A stretch of DNA of 64,000 nucleotides from assembly GCA_032654565.1 (NCBI GenBank), contig JAULAX010000017.1, positions 448,001 through 512,000 on the forward strand, read 5' to 3'. The stretch comes from Anaeromyxobacteraceae bacterium (lineage in GTDB: Bacteria > Myxococcota > Myxococcia > Myxococcales > Anaeromyxobacteraceae). The notes under the pieces are model-generated. The model was given only the letters and a program-made list of their open reading frames with translations, did not search any database and was not told where the DNA came from. Each line of letters starts with the position of its first letter. Within the stretch, counting starts at the first letter, position 1. A program made the position numbers and the translations under genes. This document shows positions 38,136 to 50,895 of this stretch, piece after piece.

Positions 38136-38984
38136 ATGCGCGACCGACCCGCCCCTCGCCCCAGCTTCAGCTCAGGCTCCAGCATCGTCTCCAGCCCCCG
38201 CCCTCCTCCAGCCCCGGGCCCCGCGCCGGCGGCCTGGCTCGCCGGGCTGGCCCTCACCCTGCAGGCCACCTCCTGTGCGCCGTCGCCGCTGGTCCACCCG
38301 CGGGCGGCCGAGGAGCTGCGGCGGGGCTACGCCCACCTGGAGGCCGGCGACGCCGAGCGGGCCGAGGTGGCGTTCGAGCACGCCCTGGAGTTCGCGCCCG
38401 ACCTGCCGGAGGGCTGGAACGGGCTGGGCGTGGTGGCCCGCAGCCGCGACGACGACGCCACCGCCCGGGAGCGCTTCGCCCACGCCGTCCGGCTGGCCCC
38501 CGGCTTCGCCGAGGGTCACGCCAACCTCGGCGAGGCGCTGCTGGCGCTGGACCGCGCCGACGAGGCCATCGAGGCGCTCCGGGCCGCGCTCCGCATCGAT
38601 CCCGACCTGGCCGCGGCCCGGCAGAACCTGGCGCGGTCGCTGCTCAGGGACGGGCTGGCCGACGCCACCCGCCGGGAGGCCCGCTGGCGCGAGGCGCGAC
38701 GCGAGTACCTGCACCTGCTGGAGTCGGTCCCCGACTCGCCGGCGGCCCACGCCGACCTGGCCTTCATGGACTACCTGGCCGGCCGCTTCGCGGCGGCCGA
38801 GCGCGGCTACCGGCGCGCCGCCGAGCTGTCCCCATCGGCGGAGCGGCTCCACGGGCTCTGCCTGGCGCTGGCGCGGCTGGGGCGGTGCGCCGAGGCGGCC
38901 GCCGCCTGCGACCGGTGCCTGGCGGTCGACGCGGCCTCGGAGCCCTGCCGGATCAGCCGCCGCGGCGCAGCGGCGTGTGGCTAA
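38136..38984 (+). CDS. TPR protein, possible lipoprotein
   Basis: Multiple TPRs (GWNGLG, GHANLG, ARQNLA) and a lipobox-like ATSC; start uncertain. Confidence 0.8.
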   Translation: MRDRPAPRPSFSSGSSIVSSPRPPPAPGPAPAAWLAGLALTLQATSCAPSPLVHPRAAEELRRGYAHLEAGDAERAEVAFEHALEFAPDLPEGWNGLGVVARSRDDDATARERFAHAVRLAPGFAEGHANLGEALLALDRADEAIEALRAALRIDPDLAAARQNLARSLLRDGLADATRREARWREARREYLHLLESVPDSPAAHADLAFMDYLAGRFAAAERGYRRAAELSPSAERLHGLCLALARLGRCAEAAAACDRCLAVDAASEPCRISRRGAAACG

Positions 38985-39220
38985 TCGCGTCGGCGCTCAA
39001 TCGCGTCGGCGCTGGCTTCTGGTAGCGCCGACGCAAGCTTCGAGCAGGTCCTCGTGAAGACGCCGAGTCGGCCGGCGCCCTCCTGGGATGGACCTGTCCC
39101 GCCAGACCAGCATCTGGAGGAATGAAGAGACCCGCACCCTGGTCGGGATGCGGGCCTCTTTGACTGCAGGAGACGGTGCTGGTGGCTTGCGCTGGCGGCA
39201 CCAGAAGCCGCCGCCAGCAC
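38983..39220. repeat. Inverted pair of REP-like hairpins around a central terminator-like hairpin
   Basis: Two 11-bp stems with the identical loop GGCTTCTGGT followed by AAGC, in opposite orientation; central hairpin at 39124-39161. Confidence 0.7.
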
Positions 39221-39225
39221 GACTG

Positions 39226-40263
39226 CTACTTGATGACCCAGGTGTCCGAGCCGCTCAGCAGCCGGGTCACGTCGACGTCGCCCTTCTTGGTCTTGGCGGC
39301 GTTGATCATGGCCCAGGTCAGCTCCTCGGCGGTCGGCCGCGACACGTCGCGGAAGACGCCGATGGGGGTCGGGAACCCCGGCTTGAGCGAGAGGTTGGCG
39401 AGCATGAAGGCCAGGGTCGGGTCGTCGCGCTTGGCGTCGTGGACCAGGACGTCCTTCTCGGTCACCCCACCCTCGCCCACCGTCACCACCTCGAGCTCGG
39501 CGGACTGGGCGTTGAAGCGGATGCCCTTCTTGTTGTCCTTGCCGAAGAGCAGCGGCTTGCCGTGCTCCATGCGCAGCAGCGCCTCCACCTTGACGCTCTT
39601 CTCGGTGATGGCGGTGTAGGCGCCGTCGTTGAACACCGGGCAGTTCTGGTAGATCTCGGTGAAGCAGCTGCCCTTGTGCTCGGCGGCGGCCTTGAGCACC
39701 ACGCCCAGGTGGGCCCCCTCGACGTCGATGGAGCGGGCCACGAAGGTGGCGCCCGCCCCGATGGCCAGCGCCGGCGGGTTGAACGGCGCGTCGGGCGAGC
39801 CGTGCGGCGTGGTCTTGGTCTTCTTGCCCAGCTCGGAGGTGGGCGAGACCTGGCCCTTGGTCAGGCCGTAGATGCGGTTGTTGAAGAGCAGCAGCTTCAG
39901 GTCGATGTTGCGCCGCATGGCGTGGATGAAGTGGTTGCCGCCGATGGCCAGGGCGTCGCCGTCGCCGGTGACGATCCAGACCATCAGCTCGGGGCGCGAG
40001 ACCTTGAGCCCGGAGGCGAAGGACGGGGCGCGGCCGTGCAGGGTGTGCATCCCGTAGTTGTTCATGTAGTACGGGAAGCGCGACGAGCAGCCGATGCCGG
40101 AGATGAAGACGATGTCCTCGCGCTTGTGGCCGACGCTGGGCAGCACCTTCTGCACCTGGTTGATGATGGAGAAGTCTCCGCAGCCCGGGCACCAGCGGGG
40201 ATCGACGCCCGACTCGAAGTCCTTCTTGCTGTAGACCGGCAGGGCCGTGTTCTCGGTAGCCAT
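39226..40263 (-). CDS. 2-oxoacid:ferredoxin oxidoreductase beta subunit
   Basis: WCPGCGD, SGIGCSS, GDGD…NN TPP motif. Confidence 0.95.
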   Translation of the reverse strand: MATENTALPVYSKKDFESGVDPRWCPGCGDFSIINQVQKVLPSVGHKREDIVFISGIGCSSRFPYYMNNYGMHTLHGRAPSFASGLKVSRPELMVWIVTGDGDALAIGGNHFIHAMRRNIDLKLLLFNNRIYGLTKGQVSPTSELGKKTKTTPHGSPDAPFNPPALAIGAGATFVARSIDVEGAHLGVVLKAAAEHKGSCFTEIYQNCPVFNDGAYTAITEKSVKVEALLRMEHGKPLLFGKDNKKGIRFNAQSAELEVVTVGEGGVTEKDVLVHDAKRDDPTLAFMLANLSLKPGFPTPIGVFRDVSRPTAEELTWAMINAAKTKKGDVDVTRLLSGSDTWVIK

Positions 40264-40288
40264 TGTGTGTGTGTCCTTTCCGGAGTCC

Positions 40289-42133
<1,845 letters not shown>

Positions 42134-42369
42134 GTGGCCCTGCATCTCCTTGCGAGGGGGACCCAAGCTACAAAAAGGGCGTCCTGTATGCCGGATCAGC
42201 CCCTCGAAGTCAACGAAGGCCCCTTCGCAAACCAGCGAAACGACAGGCTTATTCTGGACCTGACCCGTCCGTTTTCCCCTCCTAGGAGGGAGGGCCCTCC
42301 AGAACAGGTGCGGAAACGGGTGCTTGGGGGCGTGGGCGCCCGGCCGGAGTCGCACCCGGGCCGCCCGGG

Positions 42370-43761
42370 TCAGGCGGGAGGAAAGATTTTCCCGGGGTTG
42401 AGGATGCCGAGCGGGTCGAAGACCGCCTTGAGCCGGCGCTGCAGCGCCACCAGCGCCTTCCCCTGCTCCAGCTCCAGGAAGTCGCGCTTGGCCAGCCCCA
42501 CCCCGTGCTCGCCGGTGATGGTCCCGCCCAGCTCCACCGCGGCGCGGAGGATGGCGGCCACCGCCGCGTCGACCCGGGGGCGCTCCTCGAGCCGGTCGTA
42601 CATGACGTTGCAGTGGAGGTTGCCGTCGCCGGCGTGGCCGTAGGTGGCCACCGCCAGCCCGGCCTCGAGGCCGATGGCCTTGGCGCGGGCCACCATCTCC
42701 GGGATCCTGGAGCGCGGCACGGCGATGTCCTCGGAGAGCTTCATGGGGTGGATGGCCTTCAGGTTGACCGAGAGGTAGCGCCGCACCTCCCAGATCTCGC
42801 GCCGCTGCGCCTCGTCCTGGGCCACCAGCACCTCGCCCCGCGCCTCCGACGCCACCAGTTCGGCGACCCGCACGATCTCGGCGAAGACCTGCTCCTGGTC
42901 GTTGCCATCGGTCTCCACCAGCAGCAGCGCCCCGGCCCCGGTGGGGAAGCGCCCCGGCGAGGTGCGGGCGATGGCGGAGAGCGAGACGTCGTCCATCAGC
43001 TCGAGGCAGCGCGGGATCACCCCCTGGGCCAGGACCCGGGAGACGGCCCGCGCCGCGGCGTCGACGTCGGCGAAGGCCACCAGCGCGGTGGCCACGTGGC
43101 GCGGGCGCGGCAGCAGCTTCACCATGATCTCGGTGACCACCGCCAGCGTCCCCTCGCTCCCCACCAGCAGCGCCGTCAGGTCGTAGCCGGCCACCCCCTT
43201 GATGGAGCGGTGGCCGGTCTTGATCACCTCGCCGGTGGGCAGCACCGCGCGCAGGCCGAGCACGTACTCCCGGGTGACGCCGTACTTGAGGGCCCGCGGC
43301 CCGCCGGCGTTCTCGGCGACGTTGCCCCCCAGGGTGCAGAGCTCCAGCGAGTTGGGGTCGGGCGGGTAGAAGAGGCCGTGCTTCTCCACCTCGACCTGGA
43401 AGGCGGCCAGGATGACGCCCGGCTCGACCCGGGCCACCAGGTCCTCGGGGCAGATCTCGAGGATGCGGTTCAGGCGCTCGGTGGAGAGGGCGATGCCGCC
43501 GTGCACCGCCAGGCTGCCCCCCGACTTGCCGCTGCGCGCCCCCACCGGCACCACCGGCACCCGGTGGCGGCTGGCCACCTCGAAGACCGCCTGGATCTCG
43601 GCCTCGCTCTCCACCCGCGCCACCGCGCCCGGCGGGAAGCAGCCCAGCTCCGACTCGTCGCGCCCCCACGGCTCCAGCGCCTCGGCGTCGCCGAGCAGCA
43701 GCCGCCCCGGGGGCAGCCGCGCCGTGAGCTCGCGGAGCGCGGCCGCCAGCGCCCCGCTCAC
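42370..43761 (-). CDS. FAD-linked oxidase (GlcD / D-lactate dehydrogenase-like)
   Basis: YPPDP, GGNVAENAGG, GSEGTL, GHAGDGNLH, GEHGVG; GTGA overlap with the SDR stop. Confidence 0.9.
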   Translation of the reverse strand: MSGALAAALRELTARLPPGRLLLGDAEALEPWGRDESELGCFPPGAVARVESEAEIQAVFEVASRHRVPVVPVGARSGKSGGSLAVHGGIALSTERLNRILEICPEDLVARVEPGVILAAFQVEVEKHGLFYPPDPNSLELCTLGGNVAENAGGPRALKYGVTREYVLGLRAVLPTGEVIKTGHRSIKGVAGYDLTALLVGSEGTLAVVTEIMVKLLPRPRHVATALVAFADVDAAARAVSRVLAQGVIPRCLELMDDVSLSAIARTSPGRFPTGAGALLLVETDGNDQEQVFAEIVRVAELVASEARGEVLVAQDEAQRREIWEVRRYLSVNLKAIHPMKLSEDIAVPRSRIPEMVARAKAIGLEAGLAVATYGHAGDGNLHCNVMYDRLEERPRVDAAVAAILRAAVELGGTITGEHGVGLAKRDFLELEQGKALVALQRRLKAVFDPLGILNPGKIFPPA

Positions 43762-44432
43762 CCGAAGACCTCGAGGTTGGCGCCGGTGGAGGCGTCCGGG
43801 GCGTCGAGGGCGGCGAAGACCACCACCCGGGCGACGTCGTCGGGCGTCATGTCCGGGGAGAAGCGGGTCTGGCGGAGCATGGCGGTGTCGGTGCTGCCGG
43901 GCGAGACCGCCAGGGCCTGCACGCCGAAGGGGCGCAGCTCCTCGGCCAGGCAGCGGGTCAGGCCGAGCAGCCCCCACTTGGAGGCGTTGTAGGCGCTGGC
44001 CTCGGGGGTGCCGAGGGTGGCGGAGATGGAGGCGACGTTGACGATGCGGCCGTGGCCCCGCGCCTTCATGCCCGGCACCACGGCGCGGGCGCAGAGGAAG
44101 GGGCCGGTCAGGTTGACCTCCAGCGAGCGGCGCCAGGCCGCCGGATCGAGGGCGTCGACGGCGCCGCGCACCAGCACCCCGGCGTTGTTGACCAGCAGGT
44201 CGCAGGGGCCGAGCACCCGCTCGTGCTCGAGGAGCAGCCGGGCCACGTCGGCCTCGCTGGAGACGTCGCCGGCCACCGCCAGCGCCGCCGCCCCCGCCGC
44301 CACCACCCGCTCCACCTCGGCCGCGGTGCGGGCGAAGGCGGTCACCTTGACCCCGCGCCCGGTCAGGGCGCGCGCCACCGCCTCGCCGATGCCCCGACCG
44401 CCGCCGGTGACGATGGCGGTGGCGGTGCTCAC
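43758..44432 (-). CDS. Short-chain dehydrogenase/reductase
   Basis: TGGGRGIG, NNAG, YNASK. Confidence 0.92.
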   Translation of the reverse strand: MSTATAIVTGGGRGIGEAVARALTGRGVKVTAFARTAAEVERVVAAGAAALAVAGDVSSEADVARLLLEHERVLGPCDLLVNNAGVLVRGAVDALDPAAWRRSLEVNLTGPFLCARAVVPGMKARGHGRIVNVASISATLGTPEASAYNASKWGLLGLTRCLAEELRPFGVQALAVSPGSTDTAMLRQTRFSPDMTPDDVARVVVFAALDAPDASTGANLEVFG

Positions 44433-45085
44433 CGCCGGCCTCGCCGACCCGGCGCCGGGGTGGAGGTGCCGCGGGCCACCGCGGCCAGGAAGCGCCGGGC
44501 CAGCGCCCCGTCCTCGGCCATCACCCCGGTGAAGAACTGGGCGTGGGCCCGGGCCCGGGGGCGCCGCTCGCCGCGCACCGACAGGCACATCTGCTCGGCC
44601 TCCAGCACGCAGGCGGCGCCGAGGGCGCCGGTGTGGAGCACCAGGGCCTCGGCCACCTGGCGGGCCAGGTCCTCCTGCAGCACCAGCCGGTGCGCCAGGG
44701 CGTCGACCAGCCGGGCCAGCTGGCCGAAGCCGACCACCCGCCCGCCGGGCACGTAGGCCACGTGGGCCAGGCCGCGGGAGGGGAGCAGGTGGTGGGGGCA
44801 GACCGAGCTGAAGTCGATGCCGGTCACCGCCACCAGCCCGTGCCCGGTGGAGGGCATGGCCTCGGCGAGGATCGCGGCGGGATCCTGCCGGTAGCCGTCG
44901 AGCAGCTCGTCGGCCCAGGCCTCGGCCACGCGCTCCGGGGTCTTCTCCAGGTCGGCGCCGCGCCGCACCTCGGCGGGGAGGTCGAGGGCGTCGAGGAAGC
45001 CGGCCACCGAGCGCGCCAGGGCGGCGGCCCGGGGCTTCGGCGCCGCGGCCCGCCTCGGCGGCGGGGCGCGCCTACGCGCCGCCAC
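44429..45085 (-). CDS. folE: Divergent GTP cyclohydrolase I family protein
   Basis: TPERVA, CPHH, AHVAY, QE, CxxxRG; several canonical residues are substituted. Confidence 0.85.
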   Translation of the reverse strand: MAARRRAPPPRRAAAPKPRAAALARSVAGFLDALDLPAEVRRGADLEKTPERVAEAWADELLDGYRQDPAAILAEAMPSTGHGLVAVTGIDFSSVCPHHLLPSRGLAHVAYVPGGRVVGFGQLARLVDALAHRLVLQEDLARQVAEALVLHTGALGAACVLEAEQMCLSVRGERRPRARAHAQFFTGVMAEDGALARRFLAAVARGTSTPAPGRRGRR

Positions 45086-45464
45086 CCGGTCCCCGGTAGG
45101 TGACGCAGGAGTCGGGGATCTCGAAGAGCCGCACCTCGACCAGCCCGGCCAGGTGGGGCGCCAGGGTCTCCCAGATCCAGCGGGCGATGTTCTCGGCGGT
45201 GGGGTTCTCGAGGAAGTCGTTGAGCGTCTGGTGGTCGGCCCGGGCCAGCACCCGCTCGCCCACCACCTGCTTGATGACGCCGAAGTCGGCGATCATCCCG
45301 GTGGCCGGATCCACCTCGCCCTCGAGGGTGATGAAGAACTTGTAGTTGTGGCCGTGCATGCGGAAGCAGGGCCCCTCGTACCGGGGCAGCCGGTGCGCCG
45401 CCGCGAAGTAGAACTCCACGTCGAGGCGCATGCGCCGACGGTCGGTGTAGTCGATGGTGGCCAT
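45072..45464 (-). CDS. queD: 6-carboxy-5,6,7,8-tetrahydropterin synthase (PTPS-I type)
   Basis: FAAAHRL, CxxxHGHNY, DH..LND, NPTAEN. Confidence 0.9.
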   Translation of the reverse strand: MATIDYTDRRRMRLDVEFYFAAAHRLPRYEGPCFRMHGHNYKFFITLEGEVDPATGMIADFGVIKQVVGERVLARADHQTLNDFLENPTAENIARWIWETLAPHLAGLVEVRLFEIPDSCVTYRGPGGGA

Positions 45465-45519
45465 GCGCGGAATATAGCCGGGCGGCGATCCTCCCGCCCG
45501 GCCAGTCCGGGGCACCCGG

Positions 45520-45861
45520 CTACGAGACCGAGGGGGGCGCCTCGCCGGCGGCCCGCTTGGCCTCCTCGGCGGCCTCGGCCGAGGCGTTGAGCGCGTTCTT
45601 GAGCACCTGGCTGGGGCGGAAGGTCAGCACCCGGCGGGCCGAGATCTCGATCTCCTCGCCGGTCTGCGGATTGCGGCCGACCCGTGACTTCTTGTCGCGG
45701 ACGATGAAGTTCCCGAAGCCGCTGATCTTGATCTTCTCACCGTGCTCGAGCGTCTCCTTGATGGTGTCGAAGACCATCTCGACGATCTCGGCGGCTTCCT
45801 TCTTGGAGAAGCCCACCTTCTCGTAGACGCTCTCGATGATGTCGGCCTTGGTCACGGTCAT
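45520..45861 (-). CDS. ihfA: Integration host factor alpha
   Basis: TKADI, KISGFGNF, GRNPQTGE; follows pheT. Confidence 0.93.
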   Translation of the reverse strand: MTVTKADIIESVYEKVGFSKKEAAEIVEMVFDTIKETLEHGEKIKISGFGNFIVRDKKSRVGRNPQTGEEIEISARRVLTFRPSQVLKNALNASAEAAEEAKRAAGEAPPSVS

Positions 45862-45891
45862 CCCTCGTTCAGGTCGAGCTAACTACTGAAT

Positions 45892-45920
45892 TCGGTAGCC
45901 GATTTTCCCGGGGCTGTCAA
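45892..45920 (-). promoter_or_regulatory. Putative ihfA promoter
   Basis: TTGACA-N17-TACCGA. Confidence 0.5.
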
Positions 45921-45996
45921 TTCCGCGGACGCGGACCCTGCGCCGGGGCCGGCGGCCTGGCGGCCCGCCGACGTGGCTCGCGGCGCCCTGCGACGC

Positions 45997-48396
45997 TCAG
46001 CCCCGCAGCGCCGCGCCCACCGCGATGGCCAGCCGCGCCACGATGCGGGCGTGGGCGGCGTCGGCCTCGGCGTCGGTCAGGGTCCGGTCCGGCGCCCGGT
46101 AGCGGATGGCCAGCGCCAGGCTCTTGGTGCCCGCCGGCAGCGGCGCCCCGCGGTAGACGTCGAAGAGCGTGACCTCCTCCACCAGCGGCTCCTCGCGGAT
46201 CGAGGCGGTCACCGCCGCGGCGGCCACCGGCTCGGCCACCACCACGGCGAGATCGCGCAGCACCGCCGGCAGCCGGGGGATGGGCCGGTAGCCGGGGACC
46301 AGGCGGGCCGCCAGCAGCAGCGCCGCCGCGTCCAGCTCGAAGGCCAGCACGCCGCGCGGCAGGTCGAAGGCCCGCGACACCCGCGGGTGGAGCTCGCCCA
46401 GCGCGCCCAGCCGGGCCCCGTCGCGGGTGGCCACCAGCGCCGCCGCCCGGGGGTGGAGCCAGGCCACCGCCCGCCCCGCCGGCGCGAAAACGGCGTCGAC
46501 GCCGAGCGCCTCCAGCACCCCCTCGACGGCCCCCTTGAGATCGTGGAAGTCGACGGGCGCCGCGGCCGTGGCCCAGGAGAGCGGGCTGCGCGGACCGGTC
46601 AGCACCGCCGCCACCACCGGCCGCTCGATGGCCGGCGGATCGCGGTCGACGCCGGCGCGCGGCCAGAAGGCGGTGGCCAGCTCGTAGAGCCGGGCGGCGT
46701 CGCGCCCCTGCCGGCGGTTGTGCGCCGCCACCCGGAGCAGCGACGGCACCACGCTGGTCCGCATCACCGCCAGCTCGGCGCTGATGGGGTTCTTCAGGGC
46801 CACCGGCTTGACCCCGGGCTCGAAGGCCTCCAGGTCCTGCGGCGGCACGAAGGCGTAGCTGACCACCTCGCGGAAGCCCTGCGCCTCCAGCGCCGCCCGG
46901 GTGCGGGCCTGGGCCTCGAGGCGCGGCGCCACCGCCGGCGAGGCCAGCGCCAGCCGCGGCAGGGTCTCGGGGATCACCTGGAACCCCATGGTCCGGGTCA
47001 GCTCCTCGACCAGGTCCTCCTCGATGGAGACGTCGACGCGCCAGCTCGGCACCTCCCAGCTGGCCCCCTCGCCGTCCGAGTCACGCTCGGTGAAGCCGAG
47101 GCCGGCGAGGATGCGGCGGATGTCGTTGGCCGCCACCTCCAGCCCCAGCAGCAGGCCGGGGCGCTTCCAGCGCAGCCGCACCGTGCTGCGGGGCGCGGGC
47201 CGGGGCTGGGCGTCGACGATCCCGGGGCGCACCGCGCCGCCGGCCAGCTCGGCGATGAGCGCCGCGCAGCGATCGAGGGCGGTGGTGACCATGCCGGGGT
47301 CGGCGCCCCGCTCGAAGCGGTGCGAGGCCTCGGTGTGCAGCCCGTGGCGCTTGGCGGTGCGGCGCACGGTGGCCGGCTGGAACCAGGCCGACTCGACCAG
47401 CACCCGGGTGGTGCCGGCGTGGATCTCCGAGTCGCCGCCGCCCATGACCCCGGCCAGGGCGCTGCCGCGGTCCCGGTCGGCGATCAGCAGGTCGTCGGGG
47501 TCGAGCTCCCGCGGCTGGCCGTCGAGGGTGGTCATCCGCTCGCCGGGGCGGGCGGTGCGGACCACGATCTCGGCGCCCGCCACCTTGTCGAGGTCGAAGG
47601 CGTGGAGCGGGTGGCCGAGCTCCAGCAGCACCAGGTTGGTGACGTCGACGACGTTGGAGATGGCGCGGATGCCGCAGCGCTCCAGCCGCCGCTGCAGCCA
47701 GAGCGGCGAGGGGGCGATGGTCACCCCCTCGACGACGCGGGCCGCGTAGCGGGCGCACTTCTCCGGCGCCTCGATGCGCACCTGGACCAGCCCGGCGGCC
47801 GCCGGCCCCTCCTCGCGCGGCGCCGCGGCCGGGCGCTTCAGGGGCAGGCCCAGCGCCGCCGCCACCTCGCGGGCGATGCCGAGGTGGGAGAGGGCGTCGG
47901 GCCGGTTGGGGGTGACGTTGACCTCCAGCAACACGTCCTCGAGCTTGAGCGCCGCGGCGATGGGCGTGCCCGGCGCCAGGTCGGCGGGGAGGATGAGCAG
48001 GCCGCTGGCGTCCTCGGAGAGCCCGAGCTCGCGCGCCGAGCAGAGCATCCCGGAGGACTCGACGCCGCGCAGCTTCGCCTTCTTGATGGAGACGCCGCCC
48101 GGCAGCGTGGCCCCCACGGTGGCCAGCGGTACCAGGTCGCCGACCGCGTAGTTCTTGGCCCCGCAGACCACCTGCAGCGGCTGGCCGTCGCCGCGGTCGA
48201 TGGAGGTGACCGAGAGCTTCTCGGCGTCGGGGTGCTTCACCGAGGAGAGGACCCGGGCCACCACCACGCCCTCCAGCCCCTGGCCGACCCGCTCGATGGC
48301 CTCGACCTCGAGCCCCACGGCGGTGAGGCGGCGGGCCAGCTCCTCGGGAGCGGGCAGGTCGACGTACTCGGAGAGCCACTGGAGTGAGATCCGCAT
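45997..48396 (-). CDS. pheT: Phenylalanine-tRNA ligase beta subunit
   Basis: TPNRPD, RFERG, EEDLVEE, KSLA FDX-ACB domain. Confidence 0.97.
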   Translation of the reverse strand: MRISLQWLSEYVDLPAPEELARRLTAVGLEVEAIERVGQGLEGVVVARVLSSVKHPDAEKLSVTSIDRGDGQPLQVVCGAKNYAVGDLVPLATVGATLPGGVSIKKAKLRGVESSGMLCSARELGLSEDASGLLILPADLAPGTPIAAALKLEDVLLEVNVTPNRPDALSHLGIAREVAAALGLPLKRPAAAPREEGPAAAGLVQVRIEAPEKCARYAARVVEGVTIAPSPLWLQRRLERCGIRAISNVVDVTNLVLLELGHPLHAFDLDKVAGAEIVVRTARPGERMTTLDGQPRELDPDDLLIADRDRGSALAGVMGGGDSEIHAGTTRVLVESAWFQPATVRRTAKRHGLHTEASHRFERGADPGMVTTALDRCAALIAELAGGAVRPGIVDAQPRPAPRSTVRLRWKRPGLLLGLEVAANDIRRILAGLGFTERDSDGEGASWEVPSWRVDVSIEEDLVEELTRTMGFQVIPETLPRLALASPAVAPRLEAQARTRAALEAQGFREVVSYAFVPPQDLEAFEPGVKPVALKNPISAELAVMRTSVVPSLLRVAAHNRRQGRDAARLYELATAFWPRAGVDRDPPAIERPVVAAVLTGPRSPLSWATAAAPVDFHDLKGAVEGVLEALGVDAVFAPAGRAVAWLHPRAAALVATRDGARLGALGELHPRVSRAFDLPRGVLAFELDAAALLLAARLVPGYRPIPRLPAVLRDLAVVVAEPVAAAAVTASIREEPLVEEVTLFDVYRGAPLPAGTKSLALAIRYRAPDRTLTDAEADAAHARIVARLAIAVGAALRG

Positions 48397-48420
48397 GGGG
48401 CGCCGCGCCCTCCGGGGGGG

Positions 48421-49855
<1,435 letters not shown>

Positions 49856-49938
49856 GACCTACTCCTCTTCGCCGGCGGGAGGCGACCGGGTGGTCGCGCT
49901 TGTGGGCCCCGCCTGGCCGTTGTGTGACTCCAGGACGC

Positions 49939-50142
49939 CTAGCGGGCGTACGGGAAGCATTCCTTGATCTTCTTGGCATCCGAGGCGTCCAGGTGGCTGG
50001 TGCCGCGGAGGCCGCGCTTCTGCTTCGGGGTCTTCCCGAAGGTGGCCAGGTGGCGACTCCCGGCGCGGCGGAACTTCACCGCGCCAGCCTTCTTCACCTT
50101 GAAGCGCTTCTTGGCGCCGCTGTTGGTCTTGAGCTTGGGCAT
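49939..50142 (-). CDS. rpmI: 50S ribosomal protein L35
   Basis: MPKLKTNSGAKKRFK. Confidence 0.96.
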   Translation of the reverse strand: MPKLKTNSGAKKRFKVKKAGAVKFRRAGSRHLATFGKTPKQKRGLRGTSHLDASDAKKIKECFPYAR

Positions 50143-50199
50143 CTTCGGTTCTCTCTTCTCTTCCTGGTGTGCGCGCCGCTTCACGTCGCGGCGGTGTGA

Positions 50200-50895
50200 C
50201 TACGGTTCGGCCGCCGGTCCGGTGACCGCGGGCGCCGGGGCGACCTCGACCAGCGGGGCCTCGACGGGCGCGGGGGTGCCGGGGGCCGGGGTGCCGGCGG
50301 ACTCGGCGGCGAGCTTGGCGTTGCGGGCCGCCGACTCGGCGCGGGAGCGCTGGGCCTGCAGCATCTTCGGGTTGGGGGCGAGGATCATGAACATCTGGCG
50401 GCCTTCCATCCGGGGGGCCGCCTCGATCACCGCCACGTCCTTGAGGTCCTCGATGATCTCCTGCAGCACCTTCTGCCCCAGCTCGCGGTGCGACATCTCG
50501 CGGCCGCGGAACATCACGGTGATGCGGGCCTTGTTCGACTCCTCGAGGAACTCGCGGACCTTCTTGATCTTGACGTTGTAGTCGTGCTCCTCGGTGCGGG
50601 GCCGGAACTTGATCTCCTTGAGCAGCACCACCACCTGGTTCTTCTTGGCCTCGTTCTGCTTCTTCTTCTCGAGGTACTTGAACTTCCCGTAGTCCATGAT
50701 CTTGCAGACCGGGGGCTTGGCGAGCGGGCTGACCTCGACGAGGTCCATCCCATCCTCCTGCGCCTTCGCCAGGGCCTGGTCGATGGTCAGGACGCCGAGC
50801 TGCTCGCCCGACGCACCGATGACCCGCACCTCACGCGCCTTGATGCGGCGGTTGGTCCGGGCGTCACGGTTGGTTCTCTGATCCCGCTGATTCAG
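50200..50895 (-). CDS. infC: Translation initiation factor IF-3 with a probable CTG start and a C-terminal extension
   Basis: PPVCKIMDYGKFKY, MFRGRE; GAGGAG RBS 6 nt before an in-frame CTG. Confidence 0.93.
   Translation of the reverse strand: MNQRDQRTNRDARTNRRIKAREVRVIGASGEQLGVLTIDQALAKAQEDGMDLVEVSPLAKPPVCKIMDYGKFKYLEKKKQNEAKKNQVVVLLKEIKFRPRTEEHDYNVKIKKVREFLEESNKARITVMFRGREMSHRELGQKVLQEIIEDLKDVAVIEAAPRMEGRQMFMILAPNPKMLQAQRSRAESAARNAKLAAESAGTPAPGTPAPVEAPLVEVAPAPAVTGPAAEP

Noticed and set aside
44429..45464. Canonical tetrahydrobiopterin pathway or a dpd DNA-modification island
   Set aside because: The PTPS motif is QueD-type (CX3HGH), and no queE, queC, dpdA or tgt gene is in the window, so neither label is supported.
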